Virus record (IMG/VR): IMGVR_UViG_3300024249_000010 | Location: 1 to 49,517 of that record | Source: a virus | Taxonomy: Duplodnaviria; Caudoviricetes | Direction: 5' to 3' (one strand) | Length of the DNA: 49,517 nucleotides | Part shown: positions 36,427-45,305 of the stretch, piece by piece | Layout of the letters: every line of letters begins with the position of its first letter | Position numbering within the stretch: the stretch's first letter is position 1 | The notes under the pieces: generated by a model | Seen by the model: only the letters and a program-made list of their open reading frames with translations | What the model was told of the DNA's origin: nothing | The model's database searches: none | Translations under genes and position numbers: made by a program

Positions 36427-36558
36427 CTAACTATCGGGGAACTCGGAGCGCGTAGCCCATTCCACCAATTTGACGCAGCCAAGAATGCTCGCGAAGCACA
36501 CCCAAAAAATCAATCCAACGATACCCACTAGCAGAAGTCTGGTTGCATTGCGCACCAC
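36427..36558 (-). CDS. 43-aa single-TM protein (not in ORF track)
   Basis: GTG 4 nt after portal stop; reads MVRNATRLLLVGIVGLIFWVCFASILGCVKLVEWATRSEFPDS. Confidence 0.5.
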   Translation of the reverse strand: MVRNATRLLLVGIVGLIFWVCFASILGCVKLVEWATRSEFPDS

Positions 36559-36562
36559 GCCT

Positions 36563-39037
36563 TTATGCCTCGCGCTTGGACTTTGCGGCAGCTTCGGCCT
36601 TTATCCGGTCCGCCTCGATTTTGCTCTGAGTCTCGGCCTGCATTGCCGCCAGCTTCTGTTGCAGCTCTGCGTTAGCGGCTGCCAGCTTCTGAAGGAGCGC
36701 GGCATTGCGCCTCTGCTCTTCAGCGTGAAACGCCTTGTCTTTGCGTTGCTGCTCGGCAGCCGCCTCTTGAGCACGGGTCTGCTGTTTGGCGGCGCTTTCG
36801 CTGGCTTTGATCGCGTTTTTGTCCTGGGTCTTGGCCGCGACCTCGTAAATCTTCTGCAGTTGCTGCAGGGTCTGCTCGATTTGCACGATCTTCTGTTGGT
36901 CCTGACCGATTTCCTGAGCGATCGGTTGAACGATCTTCTGCTCGACAACCTGCATCGTCGCTGCCTGCGCCTGCTGAATAGCCTGGATGACTTGCGGATC
37001 GATCTCACCCTCTTGCTCAGCATCCTGATCGATCTGCAGCTTAAAGTCTGCAGGTGCACCCGCCAGGATTGCGGCCTGCTCGATTAACCGTAGCAGCGTC
37101 TTAGCGCCGATTTTCTTGTGCAGATCTTCCTGACCGGCAACGGTACCGACCACTTGGAAAATAACTTGAGCGATCTCTTTATCCTTCGCTCGATTGGGCC
37201 CGACGTTGACCGAGGCAAAGCCTTCGAGGCGCAACCGTTTTTTATGACCGGAGACCGTAACGGTATCCTCGCCTTGGTGCCTCACTTCGAACCCCATCTC
37301 TTCGAGGTGCTTTTCCAGATCCGGAGTTTCATTGGAAATGTCCGCTTCGAAATTCGGGTCGAGATAATTCTGCTCCGCATCGTAAAGCTGGCGCATCCAC
37401 GCGTCTGTCCCCTCATCGACGCTGGCGGATAGGAAAGCGATCCGGTTGTTGCCACTACCGGCCGTTTGCATGACCTCGGCCTTCGATTGCTGATGACTGG
37501 CGGCGCCACCGAGTTGCTGCGGAGAAATCTGTAGCACGCGCTCCATTATGTTCAACGTAGTGCTGAGGCACTGGATCTGTTCGGCGATCGGCACTTTCTC
37601 AAACTTCACCGGGTAGAACGCTTGTGCCTGATTAAGCCGCGCGGCAGCATTTTTAAATGAGTCATACGGCACCCATTGAATGCTTTTGTACTTACGTTCA
37701 CCGGCATTCTGGATGCGCTTAATCTCTTCCCCGTCGACCAGATTGGTATCGTAAAAAATGACATTCGTGAGGTTCTGCCGCATCGTCAGCAGCATCTGGG
37801 AGAGGATGTTTCCGAGCTGATCTTGCCAGGGGATGATCTCCAGCGCGAGACTTGAGGTGCGCGCCATCTGCTCATCATAATCGTACCCCATGAACCAAAC
37901 CGGATTGTAACCGACCGGCTCAGACCAAATGATCGTATCATCACCGGCGACCGTGAACCGGTGCCAGACCGGGTAAGGATAGCTGCCAAGGTCCCAGTCT
38001 TTTGGGATCAGCTTCTGGAAATGCTCCGTAACAAACACGGCTTTGTCACGGTCCTCAGAGGAGTTGTACCACGCCAGCTTGTCCTCGCGGCTCATTGGCC
38101 CGGACCAGCGCGGGGGCCATTTCATGTTGCACGGGAACACTTCCGAAAAGTAATTGCCAGCCAGGGGCGATTGAAACCAGTTGGTACCGGAAAAGATGTT
38201 ATTCCTATTCCAGTAATCCCGGTTATCGAGGATCGTGCCGTAGGTCAACACGTGCCAGTGCCCGGCGAAAGTGCATCCTGTGTCGGTGTTGAATGAAGTG
38301 AGAGGATATTCAAGATCGTAGTAGGTGCGGCTCGGGTGCGGAGTCATATACCGCAAGCCCTCTTTGATCAGCTCTTTCTTGCCGTCGAGGATCTGATACT
38401 CGTGATGCCACTCCTCACGCGGAAAGCACAGCATAATGCCGTACTTGAGCATCTGCTGGATCGTCTGCCGGTAAAGCGCGGCGTAGCCGTACTGAGCTGC
38501 CATTTTTTGCCCAATGTCGGTAATGACATCGCACCGGATCTTGTCTTTCTCCGAATTCTTCAGCGGCTTATACGGCAAGAGCGGGACGGTGTTTCGCTCA
38601 TTGAAGATCTCCGCGACGATCGCAGTGACATACGCCTTAACGATCGGCACGTACATCTGATAGAAGACCGGATAATTGATGCAACGCGTTGTCGCCAGCC
38701 CGTCCGGGCTGGGAATGTCCAAAAACAATTCTGACTCGCTGAGACCGTAGCTCTTCAGCGCCTCGACAGTCTGATCGTAATTGAGATTCTGACTACGAAT
38801 GTGATTAACAAAGGTCGCAGTCGTTTGAGCAAACGGCGCTTCGTAAGCCAGATCGATCGCGTAGTACGCGCGATGCTCCCTGAGGGTGTTGGTATAGCCG
38901 TCCCGAATGCGGCCGGAAATCAGATCGACTAGCCGCTTCTGGCGTTTGGTGTATTCAGAGGGAAGCTTAGTGAAAATCGCCTTATAGTGCCCGGAGCTAC
39001 AACCATACTTTTTGAGATCGGCGATAGAAACACTCAT
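36563..39037 (-). CDS. portal protein (P22/T7-like large type)
   Basis: 824 aa at head of the head operon; 'QMLKYGI', 'IPWQDQLGNILSQ', 'QQLGG..SKAEV', Gln/Ala-rich C-terminal coiled coil. Confidence 0.78.
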   Translation of the reverse strand: MSVSIADLKKYGCSSGHYKAIFTKLPSEYTKRQKRLVDLISGRIRDGYTNTLREHRAYYAIDLAYEAPFAQTTATFVNHIRSQNLNYDQTVEALKSYGLSESELFLDIPSPDGLATTRCINYPVFYQMYVPIVKAYVTAIVAEIFNERNTVPLLPYKPLKNSEKDKIRCDVITDIGQKMAAQYGYAALYRQTIQQMLKYGIMLCFPREEWHHEYQILDGKKELIKEGLRYMTPHPSRTYYDLEYPLTSFNTDTGCTFAGHWHVLTYGTILDNRDYWNRNNIFSGTNWFQSPLAGNYFSEVFPCNMKWPPRWSGPMSREDKLAWYNSSEDRDKAVFVTEHFQKLIPKDWDLGSYPYPVWHRFTVAGDDTIIWSEPVGYNPVWFMGYDYDEQMARTSSLALEIIPWQDQLGNILSQMLLTMRQNLTNVIFYDTNLVDGEEIKRIQNAGERKYKSIQWVPYDSFKNAAARLNQAQAFYPVKFEKVPIAEQIQCLSTTLNIMERVLQISPQQLGGAASHQQSKAEVMQTAGSGNNRIAFLSASVDEGTDAWMRQLYDAEQNYLDPNFEADISNETPDLEKHLEEMGFEVRHQGEDTVTVSGHKKRLRLEGFASVNVGPNRAKDKEIAQVIFQVVGTVAGQEDLHKKIGAKTLLRLIEQAAILAGAPADFKLQIDQDAEQEGEIDPQVIQAIQQAQAATMQVVEQKIVQPIAQEIGQDQQKIVQIEQTLQQLQKIYEVAAKTQDKNAIKASESAAKQQTRAQEAAAEQQRKDKAFHAEEQRRNAALLQKLAAANAELQQKLAAMQAETQSKIEADRIKAEAAAKSKREA

Positions 39038-39660
39038 AGTCCCAAAGCGATCTGCGTCGGTACTAAAATTCGACAGTTTTTACTCTCGTTTACCGACGCC
39101 CACTCGGGCATCAGGTTTTCAAGAGCCCAACAGCGTTTGAACTCGATGTCTTCCGGGCAAGAAAAGTTGAACTTCGCCAGCGGAACCGCGTGGTCGATGT
39201 GAATCTCCCCTCGCATAAACCGGTCCCAGTTCATACCGGGCTTGAAATTGCGCTCCAAGTGAGCCTTTAGATCCGAAAGGGAATAGGGAACAAGGTCAGG
39301 CCATCGTCGACCCACTTTACCATTCACAAGTGATTCTCTAATCGCTTTTGAGATCCGCAAGTTAAGCCTGACCTTAGGCGTTGCCCTCACCCTGGATCTG
39401 TACTTCGATTGAATTTCAGCGTAGCGTTTTGGGTGCTTTTTGATCCAGCGAGCTATGTTGTCTGCCTGCCGTCGCCTGTTCGCTTCGGATTGCCTCCATT
39501 TTTTTCCAGCTGCCCTACCGGTCTCCTTCCGTTCTTCAGACCAGTTTAGACGAGCCTCGCCGCGCCGTTTGAGAATCGCCGAACGATTGCGCCTGTATTC
39601 CTCGCGTGAGAGGCGGGCGTATTTCTCCTTGTCGCGCTGGTAACGCTCTCGGGTTGGCAT
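39034..39660 (-). CDS. HNH endonuclease (paralogue of 32113-32667)
   Basis: 'YSLSDLKAHLERNFKPGMNWD..IHIDHAVPLAKFNF..FKRCWALENLMPEWA..N.SK'. Confidence 0.88.
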   Translation of the reverse strand: MPTRERYQRDKEKYARLSREEYRRNRSAILKRRGEARLNWSEERKETGRAAGKKWRQSEANRRRQADNIARWIKKHPKRYAEIQSKYRSRVRATPKVRLNLRISKAIRESLVNGKVGRRWPDLVPYSLSDLKAHLERNFKPGMNWDRFMRGEIHIDHAVPLAKFNFSCPEDIEFKRCWALENLMPEWASVNESKNCRILVPTQIALGL

Positions 39661-39676
39661 CTGGAATTTGCGACCC

Positions 39677-40003
39677 TCAGTAACCGCGCTTCGACATCTG
39701 ACGCGGGCTCCCGCTTTTCATCATGCCGCGAACGGCCGGATTGGGCGGAGCTGCTGGCGCTTCGTCTTCGTTGTTGGGCTCTGCCTCCGGTTGGACCTCG
39801 GTGCCGGGCTCTGCGGGCATATCGGCGCCGGGGCTTGTGGCTTCCATAACCTGAAACTCACCGGGCGAAATTTGCTGCACCTTGGCAGTGATCGTGTAGG
39901 TCTGCCCGTCCTGCCAGTCCTCAGTGAAGGGAAATTTGCTCGGTGTTAGGCTCAGCCGATCCTCAGCTGCGCCTGCTTCGTCAGACATTGGTTCACCGTT
40001 CAT
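39677..40003 (-). CDS. hypothetical acidic protein
   Basis: First gene of the leftward head operon; AAGG upstream. Confidence 0.65.
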   Translation of the reverse strand: MNGEPMSDEAGAAEDRLSLTPSKFPFTEDWQDGQTYTITAKVQQISPGEFQVMEATSPGADMPAEPGTEVQPEAEPNNEDEAPAAPPNPAVRGMMKSGSPRQMSKRGY

Positions 40004-40029
40004 AACATGATCGCCTTTTCCAGTTTATG

Positions 40030-40059
40030 TTGAACGGCTGCCGGGAGAGCCGCTATGCT
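40030..40059 (+). promoter_or_regulatory. sigma70-like promoter for the terminase operon
   Basis: TTGAAC-18 bp-TATGCT in the divergent intergenic gap. Confidence 0.5.
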
Positions 40060-40090
40060 GAACCGGACCGTAGACCGATAGGGCGAACCT

Positions 40091-41704
40091 TTGCAAGCAG
40101 AAATCGAAAACAGTCAGAAAGAATGGCACCCCGGCACAAGCCCGAAGCAGGACGATCTGCGCGAGTTGTGCAAGCGTAAGAAGTTTGTTTTAGCCTCGGG
40201 CCCGCGCTTCAGCACCAAGACGATAGGCTGCCTGCACGCCTTCCTTGATCACGCCTTCAACACACCACGCGGCAACGCCTGCATGGTGACCATTTCGCAA
40301 ACGGTTGGGTTTGACTCTGGCATCTGGAAAGACCTCACCGACATTGTTATCCCGCAATGGATCAAGGGCAATTTCGGCCTGGAATACCACCGCGAGCCTT
40401 ACCTGATGGGCGTTTCGAAAAAGCCGACGTGCGAGATCGTCAACCGGATCGGCTGCGACATGGAGCCCAAGGAAAGAAAGGCCAATGGCGGTATCACGGT
40501 GATCCAGCTGGAATCACTGAAAGTCGAAGAAGAAGTCGAAGACAGGTTCAAACCGCGCCGTTACTCGACGATCTACGTGCCTGAGCTGTCGACGTTCCGA
40601 AAGCTGAAAACTTTCCTGACATGGACCGAAACACTCCGATTGATCGGCCTGCCCTCCGATAAGCACCTCTTCCTCGCAGACACCAATCCCTCAGACGAAG
40701 GTATTGAGAGCTGGATCTATAAACTCTGGTATGAGCTGTTGGACATGGACGATGACAGCGTGCCGATCGAGTTGTCTGCGATTAAATCGAACCTCGCGCG
40801 TATCGAATTCGAAATTGCCGACAACATTTTCGACACGCCTGAGCGCATCGCAGAGCTGGTTTCAAAGTACTCGCTCGATGAAGATCTGTATGCGCGCTAC
40901 ATCAAAGGTGAGTGGGTAACCGCGAGCGAAGACGCGCTATTCAGCAAACTTTTCCGGCCGAGCACCCACGTCCGAGGCGAGATCGGCACCTCCGCCAATA
41001 GCGATCCGGAGATTTTGGTACCCGAAGAGAACTGCCACGAGCTTTATACCGGCTGGGACCCGGGCTCATCCAATTCTGCGGTTGTGTTCGCTGAAAAGGC
41101 GTTTACCCAAGTCGAAAACAGAACGCTGGGAGTGTTGAAGTTTCTCGACGAAGTGGTTGTGACCGGCGAACCGCATACCCTGGAAGAGCTGGTAATGGCC
41201 GTCCTGAAGAAAATGGCTTTCTGGGAAGACGTCTGTGGACGTCCGGGCCGGATCGCTTGGCGGCATTGGTCCGACCGTAACGTATTCGATGCGCACTCCC
41301 CGGAAAGCAGCCGCTTCTATCACCAGATCATTTTCGATGAGTCAGTGCTGGCGATGCAACGCGGCGACGTGAAGGTTACGGCGCCAATCGTTCTTGAGGC
41401 AGCTCCGAAGGGGCCCGGCTCAGTCGCGCACCGGGTCGACCTGTGGCGCAAATTCCTTTTTGACGAGCGGATTTACTTCAGTGCCGACAAATGCCCGAAG
41501 CTGATTCAAATGAACAAATCGCTCAAACGTGGCACAACACAGATGCAGGTGATCGCGAAGGCCAGCCGCTGGAAACACGTGTTCGATGCCGCCTCGTACC
41601 TCGCCTCAAGCGAATTTAGCGAAGACCTGACCCGGAGCTGTATCGTCAATATGGTCAAAGTCAGGAGAGCCAACACTTCTAGGCTTGTGACTATCGACCT
41701 CTAA
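40091..41704 (+). CDS. terL: terminase large subunit
   Basis: 'SPKQ', Walker A-like 'SGPRFSTKT', Walker B-like 'TIYVPE', 'DTNP', 'RYIKGEW', nuclease 'GWDPG' and 'KHVFDAASY'; TTG start. Confidence 0.88.
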   Translation: MQAEIENSQKEWHPGTSPKQDDLRELCKRKKFVLASGPRFSTKTIGCLHAFLDHAFNTPRGNACMVTISQTVGFDSGIWKDLTDIVIPQWIKGNFGLEYHREPYLMGVSKKPTCEIVNRIGCDMEPKERKANGGITVIQLESLKVEEEVEDRFKPRRYSTIYVPELSTFRKLKTFLTWTETLRLIGLPSDKHLFLADTNPSDEGIESWIYKLWYELLDMDDDSVPIELSAIKSNLARIEFEIADNIFDTPERIAELVSKYSLDEDLYARYIKGEWVTASEDALFSKLFRPSTHVRGEIGTSANSDPEILVPEENCHELYTGWDPGSSNSAVVFAEKAFTQVENRTLGVLKFLDEVVVTGEPHTLEELVMAVLKKMAFWEDVCGRPGRIAWRHWSDRNVFDAHSPESSRFYHQIIFDESVLAMQRGDVKVTAPIVLEAAPKGPGSVAHRVDLWRKFLFDERIYFSADKCPKLIQMNKSLKRGTTQMQVIAKASRWKHVFDAASYLASSEFSEDLTRSCIVNMVKVRRANTSRLVTIDL

Positions 41705-42153
41705 TTTGCAAGAGCCCTTGCCAAAGCCCATCCGCGTCTGATACGAGCCGTCAAAGTTCGATAATTGATTCCAAGCTCTCTCGACCACTCGGAAATTGTC
41801 ATGCTTCTACCGTCCCAGCTGATGACGTGATTGTTCCTTTTATTGTTACCCTGCACCAATCCGGTTACCCAAGCGCAGTTTCCGGGTTCATAATTTCCGT
41901 CATTATTGATTCGATGCAAAGTGTGACGGGGAGAAGGTCGAAACCCCACATCGCTCAGAAATGTAGAGAAGTCCGACCATCTTGAGCAAACCCGAATGCC
42001 TCGGGCTCCATAGTTTCGGTAAGCGGAATCGGTAAGTGTTTCGCAGCGAGCGCGCATCGCCTGCCATGTGCGGTATTCAGGCGTGCGTGATGCTCCATGT
42101 GTAGGGTTGTAATGACCCCTCGAATTGTGAGAACGTCCTGCAGCGTCAGTCAT
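41701..42153 (-). CDS. HNH homing endonuclease (antisense to its operon)
   Basis: 'PEYRTWQAMRARC..YGARGIRVCSRW..RPSPRHTLHRINNDGNYEPGNCAW'. Confidence 0.9.
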   Translation of the reverse strand: MTDAAGRSHNSRGHYNPTHGASRTPEYRTWQAMRARCETLTDSAYRNYGARGIRVCSRWSDFSTFLSDVGFRPSPRHTLHRINNDGNYEPGNCAWVTGLVQGNNKRNNHVISWDGRSMTISEWSRELGINYRTLTARIRRGWALARALAN

Positions 42154-42208
42154 AAGTCGCTTTATGATTGATGTTAGCAGCAGTCCCGGAGTGTTTCCGG
42201 GCTGCTGC
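42143..42208. promoter_or_regulatory. two hairpins at the HNH start
   Basis: GCGTCAGTCATAA/TTATGATTGATGT covers the HNH start codon; GCAGCAG-T-CCCGGA/TCCGGG-CTGCTGC. Confidence 0.55.
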
Positions 42209-42215
42209 GCGAATT

Positions 42216-42605
42216 ATGAGCCGTGAACAGTTAAGAAGCAACCTTCGATTATGTCTCGCTCTGCTTGTCGCCGCTTTGTTTACGAACCTCACCGACCGAA
42301 GCGGTTACCTCCGGATCTGGCGAGCGGTATCACTGTGGTGGGGCGCGCTGGAGCCAGATTCAACGGTGTCCGACTCATTGCGCACCGCCCGGCTAAACGC
42401 CTGCCAGACCTGCCCCCTATTCTACCGCCCACTCCAGACGTGCGGTACGCCCTTAAAGAAAGAGTTGAGAGGATTAGGGTGCTGGTGCAACATGGAGGCT
42501 AAGGCCAAATTGACTGATGCAACCTGCTGGATCGATGACGAACTCCCCGGAAACAAATACGGATGGACGGCCCACGGAGTTAACTCAGCTGAAGGACATC
42601 AATAA
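42216..42605 (+). CDS. Cys-rich DUF6171-like protein
   Basis: 'RLNACQTC..TC..GCWC.M.AK....TC..W'. Confidence 0.6.
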   Translation: MSREQLRSNLRLCLALLVAALFTNLTDRSGYLRIWRAVSLWWGALEPDSTVSDSLRTARLNACQTCPLFYRPLQTCGTPLKKELRGLGCWCNMEAKAKLTDATCWIDDELPGNKYGWTAHGVNSAEGHQ

Positions 42606-43212
42606 ACGAATGCAGAGCGGCGAGGGGTCTGTCACTGTGTCTGCCCCCTCTACCCTGCTCGATGATGACGTGACCAGCATCAACGATTTGCCCGATCGGC
42701 CATCCCGGCCGGATGAATTCCCAGTGGCGCGCTCAGCCGGTCCGCAGGACTGCACCGTTGTTGATACTCTGGGGAAAAGCAAAAAGTGGTGGGACAAGGC
42801 CAAGCACGAACTCTTTGCTCAGTATGGGGATGAAATAACTAAAAACCTGAAGCTGCCGCGCGTGCTGGTTACCACCGAGCTATCCAGTTATGAGTATCTG
42901 GAAAGGGCAATGGAGCAGTGCGTCAAGTTGTCCGAAAACGAAGCACTACCGGCCGAAGATAGAATGGACGCTGCCGAAGTGGTTGGGTACCTCGCCGAAA
43001 TCTCCGGACGCAAAGCAAAGATTCTCCTTGAGATAGCGGATAAAGCCCAAAAATCCAGTGTCGAGAAGCCTCCGCGCAACTTGCCGCCAGGATCGGCGAT
43101 CGTTCAGGTAAATGTCGCGGCCGGTGAGGCTCAGGTGAAAGAGAAACACGCACTTCCAGCAGCCAAAGCTGCACCCAAGCACGTCACGATGGGACCGCAA
43201 GGCGCGGCCTAA
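42535..43212 (+). CDS. hypothetical protein, terminase small subunit candidate
   Basis: Helical core and C-terminal strand 'AIVQVNV'; near terL; start uncertain. Confidence 0.45.
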   Translation: MTNSPETNTDGRPTELTQLKDINKRMQSGEGSVTVSAPSTLLDDDVTSINDLPDRPSRPDEFPVARSAGPQDCTVVDTLGKSKKWWDKAKHELFAQYGDEITKNLKLPRVLVTTELSSYEYLERAMEQCVKLSENEALPAEDRMDAAEVVGYLAEISGRKAKILLEIADKAQKSSVEKPPRNLPPGSAIVQVNVAAGEAQVKEKHALPAAKAAPKHVTMGPQGAA

Positions 43213-43260
43213 GCCTTTTCGATTCTTCCGTTTGGGCTCAGTGGGCTTAAACTCTGGCCC

Positions 43261-43491
43261 ATGTCTGGAAATTACTCAGCAATGGGAGATCGCAGCGGGC
43301 CATTCCCGCTTGTATTGCCATCTCAGGTTCAAACCTCTGGCGTTATTATCGGCGGGACCGGCTCACCTGAGGGCGTAGTCCCCTCGATGCCAGGGCAGGT
43401 TTACGAAGACAACGATACCGGCGAGCTGTGGATGAAGATCGCCAGCACCGGCCTTAATGGCTGGCAGAAGATCGGAGTCAAAGCCTCGTGA
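43261..43491 (+). CDS. small virion protein with tail-fibre attachment motif
   Basis: 'GTGSPEGVV..PG.VY.D..G.LW.K..TG.NGW'. Confidence 0.7.
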   Translation: MSGNYSAMGDRSGPFPLVLPSQVQTSGVIIGGTGSPEGVVPSMPGQVYEDNDTGELWMKIASTGLNGWQKIGVKAS

Positions 43492-43925
43492 AATCCATTT
43501 TCGCTTTGGTGCTGGCGGCAATTCTGGCAACGGGTTGCACGACATCAAATCCGTCAACGCCAGCACCACCTCCAACACCGGAAACGCCTCAGGCTGTATC
43601 CGTTCAACCGGCGCCAATGATGGCGGCGCCGACTGCTTCGGGCTCCAACAAAAGCCAACCTGCAATCGTTACGTGGAATGCCGCGACGGGATGGAACCGG
43701 CCGGTCAGTTACATTGTCGGCTGGGGGTTGGCAGCAAACAATTATACGAGCACGGCAACCACCACCCAAACGAGCTATCAGGTGTCAGGATTAACGGTTG
43801 GGAGCGTGGTGTACTTTGCTGTCAAAACGGTCGACTCGACCGGACTGCAAAGTCCTTGGTCGCAATGGTATCACTACCTCGTCCCGAAATCGAACAATCC
43901 ACCCGGGCACGCGCCTATTCAATGA
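43488..43925 (+). CDS. lipoprotein with fibronectin type III domain
   Basis: 'MKSIFALVLAAILATGC' lipobox; 'VTWN..SY.V..VSGL..G.V.YFAVK.VD..G..SPWS'. Confidence 0.8.
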   Translation: MKSIFALVLAAILATGCTTSNPSTPAPPPTPETPQAVSVQPAPMMAAPTASGSNKSQPAIVTWNAATGWNRPVSYIVGWGLAANNYTSTATTTQTSYQVSGLTVGSVVYFAVKTVDSTGLQSPWSQWYHYLVPKSNNPPGHAPIQ

Positions 43926-44248
43926 GACTATGCCCAAAGCACCAAACACCTCTAACAGCGTGCCGACGAACCAACCGCAGAAATGGTGCTGGCATTCAGA
44001 CCCGATGCAAGCTCTGCTGCAATGAGGCTCAGCTTGCGCGGCGCCGAAAAGAGAAACCGAGAAAGGCGCCAAAGCCGATTCGTCAGAACAGACTCACGAA
44101 GCGCCTGACAGATTGGTACGTGCGCGTGCTGCTGAGTCGCGGGACAAAAAATGTGCCTTACAAGGCTTGGCCGCAGTGGTTGATCGAGCTGAAACGGGCT
44201 CAAATGAGATTGAAACGTGAGCTATGGAAGCAGGCAGAATTACAGTAA
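43922..44248 (+). CDS. basic Zn-finger-like protein, first gene of a two-gene cassette
   Basis: 'CPKH..CKLC', 'LTDWYV..P.WLIELKR.Q..LKREL'. Confidence 0.7.
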   Translation: MRLCPKHQTPLTACRRTNRRNGAGIQTRCKLCCNEAQLARRRKEKPRKAPKPIRQNRLTKRLTDWYVRVLLSRGTKNVPYKAWPQWLIELKRAQMRLKRELWKQAELQ

Positions 44249-44727
44249 ATGGACACAGCTTGGATTTGTCCGACCGTCAGGTGACCGTGTTGAAGAAGGT
44301 TGCTTTGTGCCAGCATAACAAAGAGATCGCTGATGAACTTCACCTCAGCGTAAAGACGATCGAGTTTCACGTTGGAGAGCTGCAGAAGAAGCTTGGGGTA
44401 AACGGCCGTGATGAATTGATTAGATTGGCCTTCGAGCAGGGCGTGGTGACCAAAGGGGAGAGGGCAATGCGCGACGCAAAAATAATCCTGAGAACTCCAG
44501 AGGTGGAGATCAAAACCTCAAATGATCTGACAGATGCTCTGATGCAAGCCGCAACAAACGCAGCTAACGGAAAAGCCGATCCGGTGCAGGTCAACTCACT
44601 CTGTCAGGTAACCAACACGATGATTAACTTTGCCCGCTTGCAAATGGATGTCATCTATCGCCAAGGCGGCAGGATTCCAAAATGGCTTACGAACGGTTCG
44701 ATTGAAGTTAACCCAAAACCAAAATGA
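44224..44727 (+). CDS. LuxR-type HTH fused to a helical phage domain
   Basis: 'LSDRQ..VL..VA...NKEIADELHLSVKTIEFHV..L.KKLGV..R.ELIRLA..G'. Confidence 0.85.
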   Translation: MEAGRITVNGHSLDLSDRQVTVLKKVALCQHNKEIADELHLSVKTIEFHVGELQKKLGVNGRDELIRLAFEQGVVTKGERAMRDAKIILRTPEVEIKTSNDLTDALMQAATNAANGKADPVQVNSLCQVTNTMINFARLQMDVIYRQGGRIPKWLTNGSIEVNPKPK

Positions 44728-45305
44728 AAAACATCCTCCTCACCGCCTTCCTCTTTGCCGCTATCGGCGCCGAAGCCGCGAACGTAACACTAGCCTGGGA
44801 CAAGAGCATTGACCCTCGCGTTGTTGGCTACAACATCTACGAGGGAGGGGTAACCCACAGCTATACCAATCTCGTCAATGCGGGAGACAACAACTCAATC
44901 ACAATCAGCAATTTGATTGTCGGAAGGGTGTATTTCTTCGCTGCGACCTGTTACTACATAACAGGACTCGAAAGCCAATTTTCGACTGAGATCAGTTACA
45001 CCGTTCCTGCCAGCGGAACCGCACCAGCATTCACACTGCAGCCTGTCGGTGGTACCAATAACTACGGCACCTCAAAGACGCTGACGGCCAACGCCGGTAC
45101 CAACGCGGTTTATCAATGGCTCTTCAGCGGACAACCAATCGCCGGGGCAACGACCACGAGCCTCACCTTTTCGTTTTTGACTGGGACTAATACCGGCACC
45201 TATGCCCTGAAGGCGTCGAACACTTTCGGAGTTACCGTCAGTTCACCAGCGACGATCACTGTCCTTCCGCCAGTGGTAACCAATGTTCGAGTAACCAGCC
45301 CGTGA
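44724..45305 (+). CDS. secreted FN3 + immunoglobulin domain protein
   Basis: Signal peptide ending 'AEA'; 'VTLAWD.S.DP.VVGYNIY'; 'P.FTLQP..YQW..G.PIAGAT..G.Y..ASN..G..S..AT.TV'. Confidence 0.85.
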   Translation: MKNILLTAFLFAAIGAEAANVTLAWDKSIDPRVVGYNIYEGGVTHSYTNLVNAGDNNSITISNLIVGRVYFFAATCYYITGLESQFSTEISYTVPASGTAPAFTLQPVGGTNNYGTSKTLTANAGTNAVYQWLFSGQPIAGATTTSLTFSFLTGTNTGTYALKASNTFGVTVSSPATITVLPPVVTNVRVTSP

